This document shows, one piece after another, positions 46,718 through 51,336 of a stretch of 51,336 nt of DNA (positions are counted from its first letter, which is position 1; every line of letters begins with the position of its first letter). A model generated the notes under the pieces. The model saw nothing but the letters and a program-made list of their open reading frames with translations, searched no databases and had not been told where the DNA came from. This DNA comes from a virus (Duplodnaviria > Caudoviricetes). The translations under genes were made by a program, and so were the position numbers. The stretch is taken from IMG/VR virus record IMGVR_UViG_3300022934_000028, positions 1 through 51,336 of that record, one strand, 5' to 3'.

Positions 46718-47949
46718 TGCAATATATCTCTGGTGAAAACCTACAAACAATCCTAAAGAACGGCCAACAAAAGATTGTTCTGTATGTGTTGACTGACCAC
46801 AAACAACATTCGTGCAACAACTCATTGTCTTGTATGTATATCAAAACTACAGATGGTGAGTTTTTTTCGTCGTTTGACCACCCCGACTATCCCACCCAAT
46901 CCACAGAAGGCTTGGTCATCAATAACGCATATACAACCAACATCAAAGAGTTGGTCAATCTAGGTATCGTGGTCAATAACAACGTAGACTTGTTATACTT
47001 TAATGATACACCAGAGGTTAGTAAGCTCAGTCATTTCTACCATACAAAACTACCCGTGGTCAAGAATGTAAACAGAATTATTCCCCTATATTCTCACCTA
47101 GAAAGTATGCAAGAAATCGGTAGTCAACTAAAGCCAAAGAAGGGTATGACCGACCGATACAAAACGATGTATCACCACCTCATACCCTCCGTATTTTCGT
47201 CCATAGAACGTCTAGGCGTCCCTGTAAATGACGAACTTTTCCTTAACCACTACGGACAAGACAAGAGGTATTTGATACAGGAGAACAGAGTATATACATC
47301 CTATAATATATACACAAAAACTGGTCGCCCAAGCAATACTCATGGTGGAATCAACTATGCTGCATTGAATAAGACCGATGGTTCCCGTGACATTTTCCAG
47401 AGCGACAAACTATTGGTCAACATTGACTTTAACAGCTACCATTTGTTCTTGATTTGTGAGAAGTTGGGAATAGAAATACCCAAAAACGCTCATGAATGGT
47501 TGGGTAAGATGTATTTTAACAAAGATACATTGAATGATGTGGAATATGATGAGGCTAAAAAGATAACATTTAGAAATCTGTATGGTTATGAGATGGATGA
47601 GAATGTTAAGAGTCTACAATTGTTCCAAGAAATCCAAAAGTTTCAGGAAAACCTCTGGGCACAATATCAATCTTGTGGATATCTGGTGACCGACTATGAT
47701 AATGAAATCGTGGTGGACAATCCAAGTAAAAACAAGGTCTTCAACTATTATATTCAGGCATTAGAGACAGAAACCAATGCTAAACAACTACATAGTCTCA
47801 TAGTCAATGGAGTTACGCCGATTCTATACACATATGACTCTATGGTGTTTGAAATTACACCAGACGAGGTTGAGTTTACTAGAGATGTGTTAAAGGATAA
47901 ACTTTTGTTTCCATATACCGCCAAAGTAGGTCATAATTTTAACTTTTGA
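46717..47949 (+). CDS. Divergent family A DNA polymerase-like protein
   Basis: TKTGRPSN, motif A IDFNSYH, motif B AKKITFRNLYG, NYYIQALE, and motif C YTYDSMVF. Confidence 0.75.
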   Translation: MQYISGENLQTILKNGQQKIVLYVLTDHKQHSCNNSLSCMYIKTTDGEFFSSFDHPDYPTQSTEGLVINNAYTTNIKELVNLGIVVNNNVDLLYFNDTPEVSKLSHFYHTKLPVVKNVNRIIPLYSHLESMQEIGSQLKPKKGMTDRYKTMYHHLIPSVFSSIERLGVPVNDELFLNHYGQDKRYLIQENRVYTSYNIYTKTGRPSNTHGGINYAALNKTDGSRDIFQSDKLLVNIDFNSYHLFLICEKLGIEIPKNAHEWLGKMYFNKDTLNDVEYDEAKKITFRNLYGYEMDENVKSLQLFQEIQKFQENLWAQYQSCGYLVTDYDNEIVVDNPSKNKVFNYYIQALETETNAKQLHSLIVNGVTPILYTYDSMVFEITPDEVEFTRDVLKDKLLFPYTAKVGHNFNF

Positions 47950-47995
47950 TTTTATGAAACCTATTTATTGATGTATATTTTACACGAGCATCAAT

Positions 47996-48385
47996 ATGAG
48001 AACACAATTATTGTCTACATTCTGTAAGTCGGATGAATTAGAAGAGACTTGTAAAAAAATATTAGATAAATATGAAGTAGTGTTTGATAAGATATTTGTT
48101 CTGGAAAATGTTGAAGACCCAACACAATTAATCTTGACCTACAATGTGGTCAACGCAGATTTAAATGACATCTTGGAGTCAACAATCTCTGTTCACAGAA
48201 AGAAGCAATCAAATACTATTTATACTATAAATGCATTAAACAAATTGATTATGGAAAAGAACAATGGCATTCTTGACAAGAAGTTTGTCGTAGAATGGTC
48301 AGAGTTAGAGAATGTAATCTTGGTTACTGCCTATGGAAAATTAAAAAAGATACATACGCAGATAAACGAAATTATACATTTGTAG
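47996..48385 (+). CDS. Hypothetical phage protein
   Basis: TQLLSTF..LTYNV..ISVHRKKQSNTIYTINALN. Has its own TATTTAT motif. Confidence 0.65.
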   Translation: MRTQLLSTFCKSDELEETCKKILDKYEVVFDKIFVLENVEDPTQLILTYNVVNADLNDILESTISVHRKKQSNTIYTINALNKLIMEKNNGILDKKFVVEWSELENVILVTAYGKLKKIHTQINEIIHL

Positions 48386-48386
48386 T

Positions 48387-48698
48387 ATGTCTGGTGAAGT
48401 AATGGCGTTTCTGGATTCTAATATACCACTAAAACAGGTCTTGGTAGCGGTCATCGCTATCGGTGGTGCTGTGTTTAGTCTTGGTCAAATCCAACAACGA
48501 TTCAATGTTGTAGAAAATACCATTACATTGCTGGTTGAAGAAGAAGAACATATGGCTACTAAAGAAGAACTAGAGGTCATATCACAAAGGTTGGACAAAA
48601 AGATACAAGTATTAAATGAAAAGGAAGACCAAATACACGATTTGGAATTACAACTTCAGGAATTGAAAATTAGATTTGAGGAGCATAGTCATGATTAG
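48387..48698 (+). CDS. Single-pass membrane coiled-coil protein
   Basis: VLVAVIAIGGAVFSL transmembrane segment followed by heptads. Confidence 0.55.
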   Translation: MSGEVMAFLDSNIPLKQVLVAVIAIGGAVFSLGQIQQRFNVVENTITLLVEEEEHMATKEELEVISQRLDKKIQVLNEKEDQIHDLELQLQELKIRFEEHSHD

Positions 48699-49008
48699 AA
48701 TGTTACCATTAATTTCAAAGAAAGCATTTATGGTCTTTGAAGAAGAAAAAGAAGAAAAGAAAGACCACGAAATTGAAATGGTTATGGCTGAATTAGAACA
48801 ATCTATCAAGAACGCCCATATGATTATGAAGAAAGTAAAAGAACACGGACACACAGAATTAGAAGCGTGGGTCCAATCTAAGATTACAAAGAGTGCTGAT
48901 TACTTAAACTCTGTTGCCGGTTGGTTAGATAGTCACGATGGACTAGATGACAAAATTGGAACAGACGACGACAACATTGGAGGAATAAAAAATGATACTA
49001 CTAAGTGA
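48691..49008 (+). CDS. Hypothetical protein, probable internal head protein
   Basis: GAGGAG RBS then ATG at 48691. ELEAWVQSKITKSADYLNSV helix. Confidence 0.6.
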   Translation: MIRMLPLISKKAFMVFEEEKEEKKDHEIEMVMAELEQSIKNAHMIMKKVKEHGHTELEAWVQSKITKSADYLNSVAGWLDSHDGLDDKIGTDDDNIGGIKNDTTK

Positions 49009-49741
49009 ACTACTAGACGAAGATGGTGAAGCTGCTCAACAAGCTAAACAAATGGGTCTTATCTCTAAGGGTTGGGGCCGATGGGCTGACCCAAGAACAG
49101 GTAAGATAACACATAAAACCGATGGTGGGCGACTAGTGGCTGTAGACCCACAACAACAGGCTAAACCAAAAAGTAAAACAGATCGTTTACCTAATTTAGC
49201 TGGACCCGATGCATTTACAATGACAAAGGGTGGTCGTGCTGTTCCTCTTAAAAAAGATAAACCAAAAAGTAAAACAGATCGTTTACCTAATTTAGCTGGA
49301 CCCGATGCATTTACAATGACAAAGGGTGGTCGTGCTGTTCCTCTTAAAAAAGATAAACCAAAAAGTAAATACGATGACCCCAAATATAAAAAGGGTGATT
49401 GGTGGGACGACCCCGACTTTGACCAAAAGATGATGGCAAAGACTTCTGCTGATAGAGCACTCAAGGTGGCAAATATGTCTGGTCCAGCCGTTGAAGATGC
49501 ATTAAATAGACACGGGATTGGTGATAATTGGGGAGGTAATGTCAGTTGGCAACACGACCCAGAAACGGGTGATGTCGATGGATATGATGATGAGGGTGGT
49601 GATTATGGGTCAGTTAAAGCCATTGGAAACGGTCGTTATATGGTAAGACTGCCTGGCCAAAAATATGAAGAAAGTAATAAGGTAAAAGGGCTTGGTGATG
49701 CTGTAAAGGCATTGGCCGCTGCAAATAAAGATAATTACTAA
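48992..49741 (+). CDS. Hypothetical protein, probable internal head protein with a tandem duplication
   Basis: GGAGG RBS, MILLSELLDE N-terminus, and a duplicated 32-aa unit. Confidence 0.65.
   Translation: MILLSELLDEDGEAAQQAKQMGLISKGWGRWADPRTGKITHKTDGGRLVAVDPQQQAKPKSKTDRLPNLAGPDAFTMTKGGRAVPLKKDKPKSKTDRLPNLAGPDAFTMTKGGRAVPLKKDKPKSKYDDPKYKKGDWWDDPDFDQKMMAKTSADRALKVANMSGPAVEDALNRHGIGDNWGGNVSWQHDPETGDVDGYDDEGGDYGSVKAIGNGRYMVRLPGQKYEESNKVKGLGDAVKALAAANKDNY
49162..49369 (+). repeat. Exact 96-bp tandem repeat (two copies plus 16 bp)
   Basis: TAAACCAAAAAGTAAA begins at 49162, 49258 and 49354. The two full units read identically. Confidence 0.92.
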
Positions 49742-49764
49742 TTGTAACAAATAAAAAATAAGAC

Positions 49765-49793
49765 TTGACTTAAATACTAAACGATGTTATATT
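49765..49793 (+). promoter_or_regulatory. Sigma70-type promoter for the SSB/recombinase operon
   Basis: TTGACT, 17-nt spacer, TATATT, with an extended -10 TG at 49785-49786. Confidence 0.7.
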
Positions 49794-49838
49794 ACTGAAG
49801 TAGTAAAAATTAAACCCTAAACCATAAGGAGAAAAACT

Positions 49839-50618
49839 ATGGCTCTTGACATTTCTGCACTTCGTGCTAAGCTCAATACCTTCCAAGGACAGGGACAACG
49901 TTCCTCTGCATTCTGGAAACCCTCGGCGGGAAAGACGATTGTTCGTATCGTTCCCCTCACCGACCGCCCGGAGAATCCGTTCTCTGAGCTTTACTTCCAT
50001 TATCTTGGAAACAAGACTCACCTAAGTCCTATGACTTATGGTAATCGTGACCCGATTGCCGAATTCGCCGATAACCTTCGTGGTGATGGTAGTCGTGAGT
50101 CTTATCAGCAAGCCCGCGAGTTTATGCCTAAGCTCCGTACTTTTGTTCCTGTAGTTGTTCGTGGTGAAGAGGATGAAGGTGTCCGCTTCTGGTCATTCGG
50201 TAAGACCGTTTACCAAGAGCTTCTACAAATTATCGCTGACCCTGACTATGGTGATATTACTCACATTGAGACAGGTCGTGATATTACCGTCACTTATATT
50301 CCACAGGAACAGAGTGACACCAATTTCCCGAAGACTTCGGTAATGGCCAAGCCTAATCAGACTCCTCTCAGTGATGATGCTCGTCTGGTTGAGAATTGGA
50401 CCACAAGTCAGCCCGACCTTCGTTCTCTGTATAAGGAACCTTCCTTTGAAGAACTCAGTGCGTTCCTCAAGAGATACCTTGACCCCGATGGTGCGGTTGA
50501 TGCTCCTGAGACGAGTGTAACACAACAGGTAACCACACCTGTTGCTGCTGCTCCTCAACAGACAAGTGCTCCCGTTAAGAGTGCTGTTGATGAGTTTGAA
50601 TCGCTCTTCGCAGAGTAA
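49839..50618 (+). CDS. Single-stranded DNA-binding protein (gp32-like)
   Basis: FWKP..GKTIVRIVP, DPIAEF, VRFWSFGKTVY, YGDIT..TGRD, and an acidic tail DEFESLFAE. AGGAG RBS. Confidence 0.88.
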   Translation: MALDISALRAKLNTFQGQGQRSSAFWKPSAGKTIVRIVPLTDRPENPFSELYFHYLGNKTHLSPMTYGNRDPIAEFADNLRGDGSRESYQQAREFMPKLRTFVPVVVRGEEDEGVRFWSFGKTVYQELLQIIADPDYGDITHIETGRDITVTYIPQEQSDTNFPKTSVMAKPNQTPLSDDARLVENWTTSQPDLRSLYKEPSFEELSAFLKRYLDPDGAVDAPETSVTQQVTTPVAAAPQQTSAPVKSAVDEFESLFAE

Positions 50619-50621
50619 TAA

Positions 50622-51336
50622 ATGCCAATAAAGAAAAAGGTTGATACACCCGACCGTGATGAGTTAGCACAGACTATTGCAGATAGTCTTAACTCAATGA
50701 TGAAAACTGATGGTCAGGTAGCCTACTTTCTTGACGGCGGTGAAGATACCCCAATTGATTTAGATGATTGGGTTTCCTCTGGAGCCACCATGTTGGACCT
50801 TGCTATCAGCAATCGTCCACATGGTGGTTTTCCGGTGGGGAGGATTGTAGAATTAACGGGTCTTGAACAATCTGGTAAAAGTCTTCTCGCTGCTCATGCC
50901 ATCGCCAGCACACAAAAGGCTGGTGGTGTAGGTATTTTGATTGACACAGAGTCTTCGGCTAACGAAGAGTTCTGGCGTTCCATTGGTCTTGATATGACTA
51001 AGATGGTATATGTTCAAGCAGATGCCCTTGAGGATGTGTTTGATATGATTACCAATGTTATTGAAAAGGTCAGGAAAGCCGATAAGGATAAGTTGGTCAC
51101 AATCGTGGTTGATTCAGTTGCTGCCGCTTCTACCAAGAAAGAGATTGAAGCCGACTTTGGTAAGGATGGTTATGCTACAGATAAGGCAATTATTCTCAGT
51201 AAGGCTATGAGAAAAATTACCAATCTACTAGCAAAACAAAGAGTTCTACTAATCTTTACCAACCAGTTGAGACAGAAGATGAACGCTATGCCATTCGGTG
51301 ACCAGTATACAACGAGTGGTGGTAAGGCAATCCAGT
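50622..51336 (+). CDS. uvsX: RecA/UvsX recombinase (3'-truncated by the window end)
   Basis: SSGATMLDLAI..GGFPVGRIVELTGLEQSGKS (Walker A), IDTE, IVVDSVAA (Walker B), IFTNQLR and TTSGGKA. Confidence 0.93.
   Translation, partial: MPIKKKVDTPDRDELAQTIADSLNSMMKTDGQVAYFLDGGEDTPIDLDDWVSSGATMLDLAISNRPHGGFPVGRIVELTGLEQSGKSLLAAHAIASTQKAGGVGILIDTESSANEEFWRSIGLDMTKMVYVQADALEDVFDMITNVIEKVRKADKDKLVTIVVDSVAAASTKKEIEADFGKDGYATDKAIILSKAMRKITNLLAKQRVLLIFTNQLRQKMNAMPFGDQYTTSGGKAIQ

Noticed and set aside
2501-47969. TATTTATA as an archaeal TATA box (archaeal virus)
   Set aside because: Bacterial bS21, sigma70-type promoters, GC-stem intrinsic terminators and T4-like genes indicate a bacterial host.
49162-49369. 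Possible CRISPR array
   Set aside because: The units are fully identical with no unique spacers and are in frame within a CDS. No cas genes are present.
2160-50558. Numerous short - strand and nested + strand ORFs in the ORF track
   Set aside because: They lie within long, motif-bearing + strand genes and have no RBS or recognisable motifs. Only 19122..19553 is credible on the - strand.
1-51336. Stop-codon reassignment, tRNA genes or introns
   Set aside because: Core genes are full length in code 11 with TAA, TAG and TGA all used as stops. Intergenic gaps are short and I saw no cloverleaf or interrupted genes.

Overview
This window is the virion morphogenesis region of a large T4-like (myovirus-type) bacteriophage. 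It is AT-rich, uses the standard genetic code, and almost every gene is on the + strand. Gene order: an AT-rich glycosyltransferase cluster; a 913-aa multidomain nucleotidyltransferase/HNH/ligase-like protein; large terminase; portal; prohead protease; a Pol-beta-type nucleotidyltransferase; ribosomal protein bS21; scaffold; major capsid protein; a DUF2589-like pair; a thermonuclease (the only credible - strand gene); neck proteins; tail sheath and tube; a long tail fibre and an array of adhesin-like genes; a SNF2 helicase; baseplate and tape-measure genes; a divergent family A polymerase; and finally gp32-like SSB and RecA/UvsX (truncated). Most notable: (1) a strand-specific TA(T/C)TTAT(A) motif 28-38 nt before many structural genes, which is the reverse complement of the T4 late promoter; (2) a candidate +1 frameshift (UUU_CUA) just upstream of the tape measure gene; (3) a (S/T)-(G/A/S)-S motif saturating surface virion proteins in a genome that also encodes glycosyltransferases; (4) three lectin-like paralogues with conserved DNA ends and swapped middles; (5) putative capsid-targeted polyproteins carrying nucleotidyltransferase domains. 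All family assignments come from motif recognition by eye; no searches were run.
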